Below are positions 1 through 11,157 of a stretch of 64,000 bases of DNA, piece after piece. Origin of the DNA: Desulfuromonadales bacterium (GTDB taxonomy: Bacteria > Desulfobacterota > Desulfuromonadia > Desulfuromonadales > BM103); assembly GCA_030145205.1 (NCBI GenBank), contig JAQYVZ010000008.1:15978-79977 (forward strand), read 5' to 3'. The notes beneath the pieces were generated by a model. That model had not been told where the DNA came from and did no database searches. It worked only from the letters and a program-made list of their open reading frames with translations. How positions within the stretch are numbered: the stretch's first letter is position 1; every line of letters begins with the position of its first letter. The position numbers and the translations under genes are program-made.

Positions 1-4
1 CCCC

Positions 5-1426
5 GTGTATCGGGAGATCCTTGCCGATATGGAAACGCCGGTATCCGCCTTTCGCAAGATCGATGATAACCGTTCGGCTTTTCTGTTGGAAAGTATTGAA
101 GGTGGCGAAAAGTGGGCCCGCTATTCCTTTCTGGGAGTTGGCTCAGGTCGGGTGTTTCGCTCGCGTGGCAACGACTACGAGATACTTGAGAATGACAAGA
201 TTGTGAGGTCAGGTCATGCGACTGACCCGCTTGCCGAACTGTCCCACTTCCTTGAACCCTACCACCCGGTGGAGATTTCGGACCTGCCCCGTTTTTTCGG
301 TGGGGCCGTGGGTTACCTGGGCTACGATATGGTGCGCCACGTTGAGTCTCTGCCGGGATACAACCCGGCTGAAATTGGAGCCTGGGACAGTTATTTCCAG
401 ATAACTGAAACCCTGCTGATTTTCGACAACATGCGGCAGAAGATCAAAGTGGTGAGCAATGTTCACCTCTCTGATTCAGAGGACCCGACGATCGCCTATG
501 ATCGCGCCGTGCAGGCCATCGATGCTCTCGTCGGTCAATTGCGGGCATCTCTCCCCGAACGCCCTGATTTCCCGCTGCCGGATGATCCGACGGAGCTCTC
601 CTCTAATTTCAGCCGCAGTGATTTTGAAGCGGCGGTGTTGCGCTGCAAGGACTACGTTCGTGCCGGCGACGTGATACAGGTTGTCCTCTCTCAGCGTTTT
701 GCGGGGGCTCTGGATGTCGATCCTTTTGATATCTACCGTGCCTTGCGCACGATCAATCCCTCGCCATACATGTATTATCTGCAGCACGACGGTACCCGGG
801 TGATTGGTGCTTCGCCGGAGGTTCTGGTACGCAAAGAAGGCTCTCACGTCGAAGTCCGCCCCATTGCCGGCACGCGGCCTCGGGGTGAAACGCCGGAAGC
901 GGATCTTCAACTCGAGCAGGAGCTGCTGCTCGACCCGAAAGAATGCGCCGAGCATATCATGCTGGTCGACCTGGGCCGCAATGACCTCGGGCGGGTCTGT
1001 ACCACCGGCAGTGTTTCCGTCGATGAGCTGATGGTGGTTGAGCGCTATTCACACGTGATGCATATCGTGTCGAATGTCAGTGGAGAACTTTCGCCGGGCA
1101 AGGATGCTCTGGATGTGTTTCGGGCCACTTTCCCGGCAGGGACCTTGAGTGGCGCTCCTAAAATCAGAGCCATGGAGATTATTGAAGAGCTTGAACCCTG
1201 TCGTCGTGAGATTTATGGCGGGGCCGTCGGCTATATCTCATTTACCGGCAACATGGACCTGGCAATTGCCATTCGGACCCTGGTTGTTCATGACGGTAAA
1301 ATCTACTTGCAAGCCGGAGCGGGGATTGTCGCTGATTCCGATCCCGAGGCTGAATACCAGGAAACTATCAACAAGGCGATGAGCGTTAAATCCGCCATTG
1401 CCATGGCGCGGCAGGGGTTGGACTGA
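5..1426 (+). CDS. trpE: anthranilate synthase component I (5' end cut by window edge)
   Basis: Frame is open to position 2. Chorismate-binding motifs are present ([39 protein letters not shown]). It heads a trpG-D-C-F-B series. Confidence 0.93.
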   Translation: MYREILADMETPVSAFRKIDDNRSAFLLESIEGGEKWARYSFLGVGSGRVFRSRGNDYEILENDKIVRSGHATDPLAELSHFLEPYHPVEISDLPRFFGGAVGYLGYDMVRHVESLPGYNPAEIGAWDSYFQITETLLIFDNMRQKIKVVSNVHLSDSEDPTIAYDRAVQAIDALVGQLRASLPERPDFPLPDDPTELSSNFSRSDFEAAVLRCKDYVRAGDVIQVVLSQRFAGALDVDPFDIYRALRTINPSPYMYYLQHDGTRVIGASPEVLVRKEGSHVEVRPIAGTRPRGETPEADLQLEQELLLDPKECAEHIMLVDLGRNDLGRVCTTGSVSVDELMVVERYSHVMHIVSNVSGELSPGKDALDVFRATFPAGTLSGAPKIRAMEIIEELEPCRREIYGGAVGYISFTGNMDLAIAIRTLVVHDGKIYLQAGAGIVADSDPEAEYQETINKAMSVKSAIAMARQGLD

Positions 1427-1427
1427 T

Positions 1428-1997
1428 ATGCTCCTGATGATTGATAATTACGATTCCTTCACCTACAACCTGGTCCAGTACCTGCGGGAGCTGGGCGCCG
1501 AGGTCGAGGTGCATCGCAACGACTGCATCAGTATCGAGGAAATTGTCTCCAAGCAGCCGAAACGGCTGGTTGTGTCGCCCGGGCCGTGTACCCCCTCAGA
1601 CGCGGGGATTTCGGTGGAGGCGATCCGTCAACTGGCCGGCAAACTGCCGATCCTTGGTGTTTGCCTTGGGCATCAGTCGATCGGTCAGGCGTTTGGCGGC
1701 CGCGTTGTGCGTGCTGATCGTTTGATGCATGGCAAGACCAGTCCCGTGTATCATGATGATCGCGAGTTGTTTGCCGGGTTGAGCCAGCCCTTTGACGCGA
1801 CCCGCTACCACTCCCTGATCGTCGAAAAGGCGAGCCTGCCCGACTGCCTGGAGATCACGGCTTGGACCAGTGAAGATGAAATCATGGGGTTGCGCCATCG
1901 CGAGTTGCCAGTCTGGGGAGTTCAGTTCCATCCTGAATCGATTCTGACGACTGAAGGGATGCAACTGCTCCGGAACTTTCTTGAGATGACAGACTAG
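1428..1997 (+). CDS. trpG: anthranilate synthase component II (glutamine amidotransferase)
   Basis: ATG lies 1 nt after the trpE stop. Class-I GATase motifs are [12 protein letters not shown], the CLGHQ nucleophile and FHPES. Confidence 0.93.
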   Translation: MLLMIDNYDSFTYNLVQYLRELGAEVEVHRNDCISIEEIVSKQPKRLVVSPGPCTPSDAGISVEAIRQLAGKLPILGVCLGHQSIGQAFGGRVVRADRLMHGKTSPVYHDDRELFAGLSQPFDATRYHSLIVEKASLPDCLEITAWTSEDEIMGLRHRELPVWGVQFHPESILTTEGMQLLRNFLEMTD

Positions 1998-2036
1998 CCG
2001 TGCGGTCTGAGCCACATTCTGTTGACGGGAAAAAAG

Positions 2037-3089
2037 ATGATTAAAGAAGCGATCAGCAAGGTTGTTCAACGAGAGAACCTTTCCGAAGGTGAAATGATTG
2101 ATGTCATGAACCTGATCATGGGGGGGGAAACGACGCCTGCCCAGATCGGGGCCTTTATCACTGCCCTGCGGATGAAGGGGGAGACGATTGAGGAGATTAC
2201 CGGGGCTGCCCGGGTCATGCGCGCTCGTGCCACACCGATCCGCGTCGGTCACAACGTCCTCGACATCGACCGCGACGAAATTAATATCGACCGAGAGACA
2301 ATTTTGGACGTGGTTGGCACCGGCGGGGATGGGACCAATACTTTTAATATCTCGACCACCGTGGCTTTTGTCGTTGCCGCGTGCGGGGCGAAGGTCGCCA
2401 AACATGGCAATCGCTCAGTTTCCTCTGCCTGTGGCAGCGCTGATGTCCTTGAAGCCCTGGGGGTCAATCTCGATGTTACTGCAGATGCCGTCGAGGGGTG
2501 CATCGAAACCATCGGCATCGGGTTTCTGTTTGCCCCGGCTTTACATGGCGCGATGAAGTATGCAATCGGCCCGCGTCGAGAGATAGGCATCCGCACGATT
2601 TTTAATATCCTCGGGCCATTGACCAACCCGGCCAAGGCCGACTGTCAAGTGATGGGGGTCTATAGTGACGAACTGGTCGAGCCGCTGGCCAAGGTGCTGC
2701 TGAACCTCGGCTGTCAGCGTGGCTTCGTTGTGCATGGCACTGACGGGATGGATGAGGCAACTCTGACCGGGCCGACTAATGTGGCGGAAATCAATCGGGG
2801 CGAGGTGTCGGTCTATACGATTACCCCGGAAGAGTTCGGCCTGACGCGCGCCACGCTAGCCGACCTGCAAGGTGGCGATGCTACAGAGAATGCCGCCATC
2901 GTTCGTGAGGTCCTGGGCGGCGCGCAGGGGCCGAAGCGTGATGTCGTCCTTCTGAATGCAGCCTTTGGTTTGGTCGCCAGCGGCCTGGTCGCGGATGTTC
3001 CGACCGGGTTGCAACGTGCGGCGGCGGCAATTGACTCGGGCGACGCCCTTACAAAGGTGGTGCAGTTGGCCGAGTTGACCAACGTCTAG
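2037..3089 (+). CDS. trpD: anthranilate phosphoribosyltransferase
   Basis: Motifs [16 protein letters not shown] and KHGNRS are present; position in the trp cluster fits. The ATG at 2037 is preferred over the TTG at 2022. Confidence 0.92.
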   Translation: MIKEAISKVVQRENLSEGEMIDVMNLIMGGETTPAQIGAFITALRMKGETIEEITGAARVMRARATPIRVGHNVLDIDRDEINIDRETILDVVGTGGDGTNTFNISTTVAFVVAACGAKVAKHGNRSVSSACGSADVLEALGVNLDVTADAVEGCIETIGIGFLFAPALHGAMKYAIGPRREIGIRTIFNILGPLTNPAKADCQVMGVYSDELVEPLAKVLLNLGCQRGFVVHGTDGMDEATLTGPTNVAEINRGEVSVYTITPEEFGLTRATLADLQGGDATENAAIVREVLGGAQGPKRDVVLLNAAFGLVASGLVADVPTGLQRAAAAIDSGDALTKVVQLAELTNV

Positions 3090-3141
3090 CGATTGCACCC
3101 TCAACGCCGTGGTTTTTGCCGGGCGCCGGAATGAACAGAAC

Positions 3142-3924
3142 ATGATCCTCGATAAGATCCTGGCCCGAAAAGTTGAGGAAGTGGCTGAAGCCAGCCAGCA
3201 GATTCCTCTTAATGAGCTGCGCTCACGGGTGGCGAATGTCACGCCAGTCCGTGGCTTCGCCCGGGCCTTGCGCCAAGCCGCGGAGTCCGGTACGGCGATT
3301 ATTGCCGAGGTCAAGAAGGGTTCCCCCTCGAAGGGGATCATCCGGGCCGACTTCGATCCGGTCGCCATCGCCCAGGATTACCAGGCGGGCGGCGCGGCTT
3401 GTCTGTCGGTTTTGACCGACCGGGACTTCTTCTTTGGCGACTTGAACTATCTTGAGAAAATTCGCGCGGCCGTTGCTTTGCCCCTGCTGCGCAAGGACTT
3501 TATCATCGATCCGTACCAAGTGTTTGAGGCACGGGCGCATGGTGCCGACGCGATCCTGCTGATCGCCGCGGCCCTGCCGGAAGAGCAGCTGCTGAGCCTG
3601 GCAGAAACGGCGCAGAGCCTGAATTTGGATGTGCTGTTTGAAGTGCACGATGAAGCAGAGATGATGATGGCCCATCGGTTGCCGGTTGACCTGGTCGGGA
3701 TCAACAACCGTAACCTGAAAACCTTTGCCACCGATATTGCCACGACCGAACGGCTGGCTCCCCGGGCACCGGAAGGCAGCTTGGTGGTCGCTGAGAGTGG
3801 CATCGCCGACCGGGCTGATATTCGACGTCTGCAGCGGGCCTCGGCAGGAGCTTTCCTGATCGGTGAGAGCCTGATGCGTGAAGCGGATGTGGCTGCGAAG
3901 CTGGCCGAACTGCTGCACGACTAG
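3142..3924 (+). CDS. trpC: indole-3-glycerol-phosphate synthase
   Basis: Motifs IAEVKKGSPSKG, LRKDFI and GINNRNL are present; trp cluster context. Start ATG at 3142 (MILDKIL). Confidence 0.92.
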   Translation: MILDKILARKVEEVAEASQQIPLNELRSRVANVTPVRGFARALRQAAESGTAIIAEVKKGSPSKGIIRADFDPVAIAQDYQAGGAACLSVLTDRDFFFGDLNYLEKIRAAVALPLLRKDFIIDPYQVFEARAHGADAILLIAAALPEEQLLSLAETAQSLNLDVLFEVHDEAEMMMAHRLPVDLVGINNRNLKTFATDIATTERLAPRAPEGSLVVAESGIADRADIRRLQRASAGAFLIGESLMREADVAAKLAELLHD

Positions 3925-3926
3925 GG

Positions 3927-4550
3927 ATGGAAGCGATGGTCAGAGTCAAGATCTGTGGCATCACTAACCTGGCGGACGCTTGGCATGCTGTTGCCAGCGG
4001 CGCCGACGCCTTGGGGTTTGTGTTTTACCCGGACAGCCCCCGTTATGTTGAGCCGGCTCTGGTGCGGCAAATCATTGCTGAGCTGCCGCCGCTGATCACC
4101 TGTGTTGGTCTGTTCGTTAATGAGCAGCCTGCTCGCATCACCGAAATTGCCGCTCAGTGTGGACTGGATGTGGTCCAGTTGCATGGTGACGAAACACCTG
4201 AACAGTGCAACTTGCCGCCGTACCGCGTGATCAAGGCAGTTCGGGTGGCACAGCAGGCAGATGCAGCGGCTCTGCCCGAGTTCCCTGTCGCCGCGCTGTT
4301 GCTCGATGCGCTGGTGCCTGGGCAGTTTGGCGGAACCGGCCAGGTCTGCGATTGGCAATTTGCCGCGCAAGTGTCGGCATTGAGACCGACTATTCTTGCC
4401 GGCGGTCTATCGCCCGACAACGTGGCTGCGGCTATCAACGCGGTCAAGCCTTATGCGGTCGATGTCTCCAGCGGGGTAGAAAAAACTCCCGGACAGAAAG
4501 ATCCGCGCAAAGTCTCTGAATTTATCCGTATCGCCAAGGAGGCGGTCTAG
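3927..4550 (+). CDS. trpF: phosphoribosylanthranilate isomerase
   Basis: Motifs VKICGIT and VQLHGDE are present; lies between trpC and trpB. The start could instead be the ATG at 3936. Confidence 0.9.
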   Translation: MEAMVRVKICGITNLADAWHAVASGADALGFVFYPDSPRYVEPALVRQIIAELPPLITCVGLFVNEQPARITEIAAQCGLDVVQLHGDETPEQCNLPPYRVIKAVRVAQQADAAALPEFPVAALLLDALVPGQFGGTGQVCDWQFAAQVSALRPTILAGGLSPDNVAAAINAVKPYAVDVSSGVEKTPGQKDPRKVSEFIRIAKEAV

Positions 4551-4552
4551 TT

Positions 4553-5746
4553 ATGTATAAACAACCCGATCCCTTGGGGCATTTTGGCCAATTCGGTGGG
4601 CGTTACGTCGCCGAGACGCTCATGCCAGCCTTGCTGGAGTTGGAAGAAGCCTATCGCGAATCGCAGGTCGACCCACAATTTCAGGAAGAGCTGCAGCACT
4701 ATCTTGCCAAGTACGTCGGTCGGCCCAGCCCCTTGTTTTTGGCAGACCGCCTGACGGCACACTGCGGTGGTGCCCGGATTTATTTAAAGCGGGAAGATCT
4801 CAATCACACTGGTGCCCACAAAGTTAATAACACGGTGGGACAGGCCTTGCTGGCCAAGCGAATGGGCAAGAAGAAGGTTATCGCCGAAACCGGCGCCGGC
4901 CAGCATGGCGTGGCGACGGCGACGGTCGCGGCCCTGTTCGGCATGGAATGCGATGTCTTCATGGGTGAAGAAGACATCCGCCGCCAGGCACTGAACGTCT
5001 TCCGGATGAAGCTCCTCGGCGCCCGTGTCCGTCCGGTTGACAGCGGAACAGCCACCCTGAAAGACGCCATGAATGAGGCGCTGCGCCACTGGGTCACTCA
5101 TGTGCGTGACACCTTTTATGTGATCGGTACGGTCGCCGGTCCGCATCCCTATCCCATGCTGGTGCGTGATTTTCAGGCAGTGATCGGCGAAGAGGCTCGC
5201 CGGCAGATGCACGATGAAACCGGCAGCCTGCCTGATGCGGCGGTTGCCTGCATCGGTGGCGGGTCGAATGCCATGGGTCTGTTTTATCCGTTCCTGAACG
5301 ACGAGACGGTGCGGTTGGTCGGCGTCGAAGCCGCCGGACTGGGGGTAGAGACAGGCCGCCATGCCGCCAGTATCGGGGCTGGCCGTGTTGGTGTTCTGCA
5401 TGGCAACAAGACCTTCCTGCTACAGGATCAGGAAGGCCAGATTGAACATGCCCATTCAGTGTCAGCCGGCCTCGACTACCCTGGTGTCGGGCCAGAGCAT
5501 GCCTACTTGCACGACATCAAGCGTGCTGAATATGTGTCAATTACCGACCAGGAAGCGCTGGCTGCATTTCATCTCTTAACGAATCTCGAAGGGATCATGC
5601 CGGCGCTTGAAAGCGCCCATGCCATCGCCCATGTGATCAAGCTTGCGCCGCAAATGCGTCCGGATCAGTCGATCCTGGTCTGTCTGTCGGGACGCGGCGA
5701 CAAGGACATCCATACAGTGGCCGAAGCGAGTGGACTGGAATTGTAG
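4553..5746 (+). CDS. trpB: tryptophan synthase beta chain
   Basis: Contains the PLP-lysine motif HTGAHKVNN plus GGGSNAMG and [11 protein letters not shown]. Confidence 0.95.
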   Translation: MYKQPDPLGHFGQFGGRYVAETLMPALLELEEAYRESQVDPQFQEELQHYLAKYVGRPSPLFLADRLTAHCGGARIYLKREDLNHTGAHKVNNTVGQALLAKRMGKKKVIAETGAGQHGVATATVAALFGMECDVFMGEEDIRRQALNVFRMKLLGARVRPVDSGTATLKDAMNEALRHWVTHVRDTFYVIGTVAGPHPYPMLVRDFQAVIGEEARRQMHDETGSLPDAAVACIGGGSNAMGLFYPFLNDETVRLVGVEAAGLGVETGRHAASIGAGRVGVLHGNKTFLLQDQEGQIEHAHSVSAGLDYPGVGPEHAYLHDIKRAEYVSITDQEALAAFHLLTNLEGIMPALESAHAIAHVIKLAPQMRPDQSILVCLSGRGDKDIHTVAEASGLEL

Positions 5747-5849
5747 GCTCTATTTGGAACGTTTAAAAGAAAACCTGCGTAGCGCGGGACGAGGGACGCG
5801 AAAACTCCTCTGAAATCAAAAGGCTGCTTGGAGTGGCCTTAAGGAAATT

Positions 5850-7127
5850 ATGAAATTTACCGAACTGAAACTGTCTGAAGAAGTCATGCAGGGCATTGAA
5901 GATGCCGGTTTTGTCGATTTGACACCGGTGCAGGAAGAATCGATTCCGCTGGCGCTGGCTGGAAAAGATGTTGCGGCTCAGGCTCAGACGGGAACAGGCA
6001 AAACCGCCGCTTTTCTGGTTTCGCTCTTTTCCAGCTTGCTTGCCAGTCCGAAGCCGAGCAAGCGCAACCCCCGGGCTCTGATTATGGCGCCGACGCGTGA
6101 GTTGGTGGTGCAGATCTGTGCTGATGCCGAGACGCTCGGTGCTCACTGCCCGCTGAAGGTGCAGCCGATTTTCGGCGGCGTCGATTATGAAAAACAGCGT
6201 CAGGCGCTCAGGGATGGTGTGGACGTGATCGTCGCCACGCCCGGCCGTCTGATCGATTACTACAAACAGAAGGTCTACAGCCTGAGCCAGGTTGAGGTGG
6301 TAGTGGTTGATGAGGCAGACCGCATGTTCGACATGGGCTTCATTAAGGACCTGCGCTATATCCTGCGCCAGCTTCCACCCTACAATAAACGGCAGACCAT
6401 GCTCTTCTCGGCGACCCTGTCGCAGCGGGTCATGGAGTTAGCCTACGAATTCATGGACTTGGCGGAGCGGGTTCATATCGCCCCGGAGCAGATTACCGCT
6501 GAAAAGGTTGAGCAGATACTTTACCATGTCTCACGGCGCGAAAAATTCGCCTTGATGATGGGTCTCTTCAAGCGGGAAAAAGACCTGTCTCGCATCCTGA
6601 TTTTTGTCAACACCAAGAAAGAGGTGGAGTTCCTTGCCGAACGGCTCAAGGCCAACGATTACAAGGCTGCTGTTCTATCCGGAGATATCCCTCAGCGCAA
6701 GCGAATGCGCCTGCTGAGTGAATTCAAGGAGGGCCGTCTGAATATCCTGGTGGCGACCGATGTTGCCTCGCGTGGTCTGCATATTGATGCGGTCAGCCAT
6801 GTCATCAATTATGACCTGCCGCAGGACGCCGAGGATTATGTGCATCGTATCGGCCGAACCGCACGGGCCGGGGCGGTCGGCAAGGCGATCAGTTTTGCCG
6901 ATGAAGATCTGGTGTTCCACCTGCCCGACATCGAAGAGTATATTGGTGGCAAGATTCCCAGCCGCTTTCCCGAGGATGACGATTTCTTCTGGGACTACAA
7001 ACGCTCGAAGCCGCGTAAAAAGGCTCCAGTTCCAGAAAAAAGCGGCGGCAAGGGCCAGGCGCGGCGGCCTCGCCGACGGCCACGGCGGTCGAATGAGAGT
7101 GCCCGGAAAGATTCCTCAAAGTCATGA
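5850..7127 (+). CDS. DEAD-box ATP-dependent RNA helicase
   Basis: Motifs AQTGTGKT, PTRELV, DEAD, SAT and HRIGRTARAG are present, with an Arg/Lys-rich C-terminal tail. Confidence 0.92.
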   Translation: MKFTELKLSEEVMQGIEDAGFVDLTPVQEESIPLALAGKDVAAQAQTGTGKTAAFLVSLFSSLLASPKPSKRNPRALIMAPTRELVVQICADAETLGAHCPLKVQPIFGGVDYEKQRQALRDGVDVIVATPGRLIDYYKQKVYSLSQVEVVVVDEADRMFDMGFIKDLRYILRQLPPYNKRQTMLFSATLSQRVMELAYEFMDLAERVHIAPEQITAEKVEQILYHVSRREKFALMMGLFKREKDLSRILIFVNTKKEVEFLAERLKANDYKAAVLSGDIPQRKRMRLLSEFKEGRLNILVATDVASRGLHIDAVSHVINYDLPQDAEDYVHRIGRTARAGAVGKAISFADEDLVFHLPDIEEYIGGKIPSRFPEDDDFFWDYKRSKPRKKAPVPEKSGGKGQARRPRRRPRRSNESARKDSSKS

Positions 7128-7813
7128 CGCCTGTGGATGGCTTGATCAATTGCCGACGCTGTCCGCGACTGGTGTTACAGCGGGAGTCGGTGGCGCCGCG
7201 CAAGGGATTGCAGTCTGAAGACTACTGGAATCGTCCGGTCCCAGGCTTCGGTGATCCGGCGGCGCGCATCTGTCTGGTCGGACTGGCCCCAGGTGCTCAT
7301 GGTGCCAATCGCACGGGGCGGCCCTTTACGGGCGACGGTGCCGGGGATTTCATGTATCCGCTGCTTTATCGCGCCGGACTGGCCAGCCAGCCCGAGGCGC
7401 TGCACGCCGGTGATGGCCTGGAGTTGAACGATATTTATATTACCAACGCCGTCAAGTGCCTGCCGCCTGAGAATAAACCGGTTGCGGCAGAATTTACGGC
7501 TTGCCGCCCCCTCTTGGCTGAAGACCTGGCTGTTCTGAAAAGACTGCGGGTGATTATCACGCTCGGCTCGGGTGCTCACACCAGCGTGCTGCATTTGCTC
7601 AAGACAGAGGGATTGGTCGGGCGGTTGGCGGACTATCGCTTCGGGCATGCGGCCAGCTATCGGCTTGCTGACGGGCGCTGGCTTCTCAGCAGCTATCATA
7701 CCAGCCGTTACAATGTGCAGACGAGGCGGATCAGCCCGGCGATGTTCCTCGATGTCCTGGCGTTGGCCAAGGACTTGGCCGACGGATCGCATGACGACGC
7801 GGATTTACGTTGA
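7124..7813 (+). CDS. uracil-DNA glycosylase superfamily protein (family 4/5-like, Fe-S type)
   Basis: Has CRRCPRL cysteines, GLAPGAHGANRTGRPFTGD and a C-terminal HTSRYN motif. The start overlaps the helicase stop (ATGA). Confidence 0.8.
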   Translation: MTPVDGLINCRRCPRLVLQRESVAPRKGLQSEDYWNRPVPGFGDPAARICLVGLAPGAHGANRTGRPFTGDGAGDFMYPLLYRAGLASQPEALHAGDGLELNDIYITNAVKCLPPENKPVAAEFTACRPLLAEDLAVLKRLRVIITLGSGAHTSVLHLLKTEGLVGRLADYRFGHAASYRLADGRWLLSSYHTSRYNVQTRRISPAMFLDVLALAKDLADGSHDDADLR

Positions 7814-7866
7814 AAAGAACCCCGTCAATCCTATAACATTAAAAAGTTACCTTTTCTGGATAAGTT

Positions 7867-8697
7867 ATGTCGCGAATTGAACACATTCTGGGTGATCTGA
7901 AAGAGCGGGGCGAGAAAGCGCTCGTTACCTTTGTTACGGCCGGCGACCCCGACCTGGAAACGACGGAGCAGGTCATTCATACTCTGGTTGAAGCCGGGGC
8001 AGACCTGATCGAGCTCGGTTTCCCCTTCTCGGACCCTATGGCAGACGGGCCGACCATCCAAGCCGCATCGCAGCGGGCGCTGGACGCCGGGACGACCCTG
8101 GAGGGCGTGCTTGCACTGGTCCGGCGGGTCCGTGAGCATACCAATGTTCCGATTGTTTTGATGGGTTATTACAACCCGGTCTTCTGTTACGGGCCGGAAG
8201 CGTTCGCGCAGGCCGCTGCTGCTGCTGGAGTCGACGGCTTGCTGCTGGTCGATCTGCCGCCAGAAGAGGCGGGCGAACTCCAGCCGTTTTTGCAATCGGC
8301 CGGAGTTGACCTGATCACCCTGCTGGCACCGACCACCGACCCGCAACGTATGGTTCGCCTGGCCGGGGCAGCCGAAGGGTTTCTATACTACGTCTCCATG
8401 ACGGGAGTGACTGGTAGCCAGGCGGTCGATGCCGCTGCCATCCGTGATGCCGTGTCAGAACTGCAAGCGCTGAGCCGGGTTCCCGTGGCGGTCGGTTTCG
8501 GAGTGACGTCCCCGCAAGCGGCACGAGATATCGCCATGTTTGCCGATGCTGTAGTGGTTGGCAGCGCCTTGGTCAAGATTATCGAAAGCCATGGGAATTC
8601 CGCGCAGCTATTGCCGGAAGTCAGCCGTTTTGTTAGCTCCCTGAAAGAGGCTGTGCGGTCTGCTGCGACAAACGTTCCCACAGCAGATGAGGCTTGA
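7867..8697 (+). CDS. trpA: tryptophan synthase alpha chain
   Basis: Motifs AGADLIELGFPFSDPMADGPTIQ, YYNP and VGFGV are present. Confidence 0.93.
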   Translation: MSRIEHILGDLKERGEKALVTFVTAGDPDLETTEQVIHTLVEAGADLIELGFPFSDPMADGPTIQAASQRALDAGTTLEGVLALVRRVREHTNVPIVLMGYYNPVFCYGPEAFAQAAAAAGVDGLLLVDLPPEEAGELQPFLQSAGVDLITLLAPTTDPQRMVRLAGAAEGFLYYVSMTGVTGSQAVDAAAIRDAVSELQALSRVPVAVGFGVTSPQAARDIAMFADAVVVGSALVKIIESHGNSAQLLPEVSRFVSSLKEAVRSAATNVPTADEA

Positions 8698-8896
8698 ACG
8701 GAAGTTTTTCTGCCCGCTCGAGAGTTTAAATAACTGGACAATTTTGAATTGCCGGTCAAAATATTTTATAGGACGTTTTGTCAACTGAACGCAATTCGCA
8801 ACGCCATTGGTGATTCTCTGCCCGCTGCGATACTCTGGATAGCATCAAGCGGTTCCGTTTCTGAAACGGCTGCCGCATTGACCCCGAGGTTAAATT

Positions 8897-9826
8897 ATGG
8901 CCTGGTTTAAAAAATCGAAAGCACCGATTGCTCCTGCAGAAGGCAAGAAAGTTCATGTACCGGAAGGTCTCTGGACCAAGTGCAAGAACTGTCAGGAAAT
9001 TATCTATACCAAGGAAATCGAACGGAACCTGAACGTTTGCCCCAAGTGTGATTACCATTTCCGGATCAGCGCCCGGGAACGGATTGCTTTGGTGCTTGAC
9101 GACGGTTCGTTTGTCGAGACTGACCCTGATATGACGTCAGTCGATTTTCTCAAGTTCAAGGATTCCAAGAAGTACAACGATCGGATCAAGGCTTCGCTCA
9201 AAAAGGCCGGCGGCGGTGACGCCGTGGTAACCGGTTCCGGTACGATCGAGGGTCTACCGGCGGTATTGGCAGTCTTCGATTTCAGTTTCATGGGGGGCAG
9301 TATGGGGTCGGTTGTCGGGGAGAAGATAACCCGGGCGATCGAACTTGGCCTTGAGATGAAGGCGCCGGTCCTGGTGTTCTCCTCGTCAGGTGGTGCCCGG
9401 ATGCAGGAAAGCATCCTGTCGCTGATGCAGATGGCCAAAAGCAGCGCCGCTCTGGCCAAGCTCAAGAAAGCCGGCCTGCCGTTCATTTCTGTTCTGACCG
9501 ACCCGACCACCGGCGGCGTTACCGCAAGCTTTGCCATGCTGGGCGATCTGAATATTGCCGAGCCGCGTGCCCTGATCGGTTTTGCCGGGCCGCGCGTGAT
9601 CGAACAGACGATCCGCCAGCAGTTGCCGGACGGTTTCCAACGGTCCGAGTACCTGCTTGAACATGGCATGGTCGATATGATCGTGCCGCGCCAGGAATTG
9701 AAGGCGCGCCTGTCCCAAATCCTACGGATTTTCCAACAGAAGCCGGCACCGGGTGAGCCCCTGCCCGTGCCCCCGGTTGTTGAGGAGGCTGCGCCGGAAA
9801 CTGCGCCTGCCGCCGATACGGAATAA
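8897..9826 (+). CDS. accD: acetyl-CoA carboxylase carboxyltransferase beta subunit
   Basis: N-terminal zinc ribbon CKNCQ..CPKCDYH, followed by [15 protein letters not shown]. Confidence 0.93.
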   Translation: MAWFKKSKAPIAPAEGKKVHVPEGLWTKCKNCQEIIYTKEIERNLNVCPKCDYHFRISARERIALVLDDGSFVETDPDMTSVDFLKFKDSKKYNDRIKASLKKAGGGDAVVTGSGTIEGLPAVLAVFDFSFMGGSMGSVVGEKITRAIELGLEMKAPVLVFSSSGGARMQESILSLMQMAKSSAALAKLKKAGLPFISVLTDPTTGGVTASFAMLGDLNIAEPRALIGFAGPRVIEQTIRQQLPDGFQRSEYLLEHGMVDMIVPRQELKARLSQILRIFQQKPAPGEPLPVPPVVEEAAPETAPAADTE

Positions 9827-9834
9827 TCCTCCCG

Positions 9835-11145
9835 GTGGATTTTCAGCAAACGCTGGACTATCTGTACGGCCTGCAACTTTTCGGCATCAAACTGGGGCTT
9901 GAGAATACCCGGGTGTTGTTGGAGCGCCTCGGCAATCCGCAGTCTGCGTTTTCCTGTCTGCATGTCGCCGGCACCAACGGTAAAGGGTCCGTCAGTGCCT
10001 TTCTTGCCGAAACCCTGCAGCAGGCCGGGGTGCGTACCGGTCTCTATACCTCACCTCATCTGCACTGTTTCACAGAGCGTATTCGCATCGACGGACAGCC
10101 CGTGAGCCGGGATTTTGCCTGCCTGCTCGCGGCCGATGTGAAGGCGGCCAGCAATTCCCTCCCAATTACTTTTTTCGAAGCGACCACGGCGATGGCCCTG
10201 TTGGCATTTCAGCGCAGCGGTGTGGAGATTGCCATCCTGGAAACCGGCCTGGGCGGGAGGCTGGATGCGACCAATGTGGTCGAGCCGGTGCTGAGTCTGA
10301 TTACCCCGATCAGCCTGGACCACCAGGAGCACCTTGGTGACGACCTCGCCCAGATTGCCGCAGAAAAAGCAGGGATCATCAAGCCTAGCGTGCCGGTTGT
10401 GATCGGTCGGCAGCAGGCTGAAGCGTGTGAGGTGCTGCTTGATGCCGCCAGGCGAAGCGGAGCATCTGTGTGTCTGGTTGACCGTGACTATCACCGGATT
10501 GAGGCGGCCGACGGTCAGACCGTGTGTCTGGGCGACCGGCAGGTGTCCGGCTTGACGAACCGTCTGGTCGGGGAGCATCAACTGGACAATATGGCCCAAG
10601 CGGTTGCCGCCGGATTGCTGCTGGCCGCAGAAGGTTGGCCAGTGACGGAAGAGGCCTGTCGTCAGGCGGGGCGCCTGGTCTTCTGGCCCGGGCGGCTGGA
10701 ATGGTGGGATGGCCCGCCGGCCGTTTTGCTGGACGCTGCGCATAACGCCGCCGGAGTTGCCAGCCTGGTCGCCCATCTTGAGCAGCGTGAAATCAGCGAC
10801 ATGCCGGTGCTGGTCGGTTTGAGCCGAGGGCGGCGGCCTGCCCAGGTCTTAAAATCGCTGGCAGGAATTGCTGGAGACGTGTATGCTGTCCCGGTCGGTG
10901 TCGGCGGCAGTGTCGACCCGGTCGAGATCGCGGCCTGGGCGCAAACCCAAGGCCTGAAGGTGTCCTGTTATGCGACGCCGGAGGCGGGCCTTGAAGCGGC
11001 CCTGGCGGCGTGTCGTGCTGATCTGCCGTTAGTGGTCTGCGGTTCCCTGTTCCTGGTGGCTGCAGTCCGCAAAAAACTCTGTGAACTTCAATCTTTTGAC
11101 GGTCCTGCCGGTTTCGGGGAAACTGCCGCCGGGGCTTCGTCCTGA
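9835..11145 (+). CDS. folC: bifunctional folylpolyglutamate synthase / dihydrofolate synthase
   Basis: GTG start. Mur-ligase P-loop HVAGTNGKGS is present; conserved accD-folC pairing. Confidence 0.88.
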   Translation: MDFQQTLDYLYGLQLFGIKLGLENTRVLLERLGNPQSAFSCLHVAGTNGKGSVSAFLAETLQQAGVRTGLYTSPHLHCFTERIRIDGQPVSRDFACLLAADVKAASNSLPITFFEATTAMALLAFQRSGVEIAILETGLGGRLDATNVVEPVLSLITPISLDHQEHLGDDLAQIAAEKAGIIKPSVPVVIGRQQAEACEVLLDAARRSGASVCLVDRDYHRIEAADGQTVCLGDRQVSGLTNRLVGEHQLDNMAQAVAAGLLLAAEGWPVTEEACRQAGRLVFWPGRLEWWDGPPAVLLDAAHNAAGVASLVAHLEQREISDMPVLVGLSRGRRPAQVLKSLAGIAGDVYAVPVGVGGSVDPVEIAAWAQTQGLKVSCYATPEAGLEAALAACRADLPLVVCGSLFLVAAVRKKLCELQSFDGPAGFGETAAGASS

Positions 11146-11157
11146 CGGCTTGATGTC

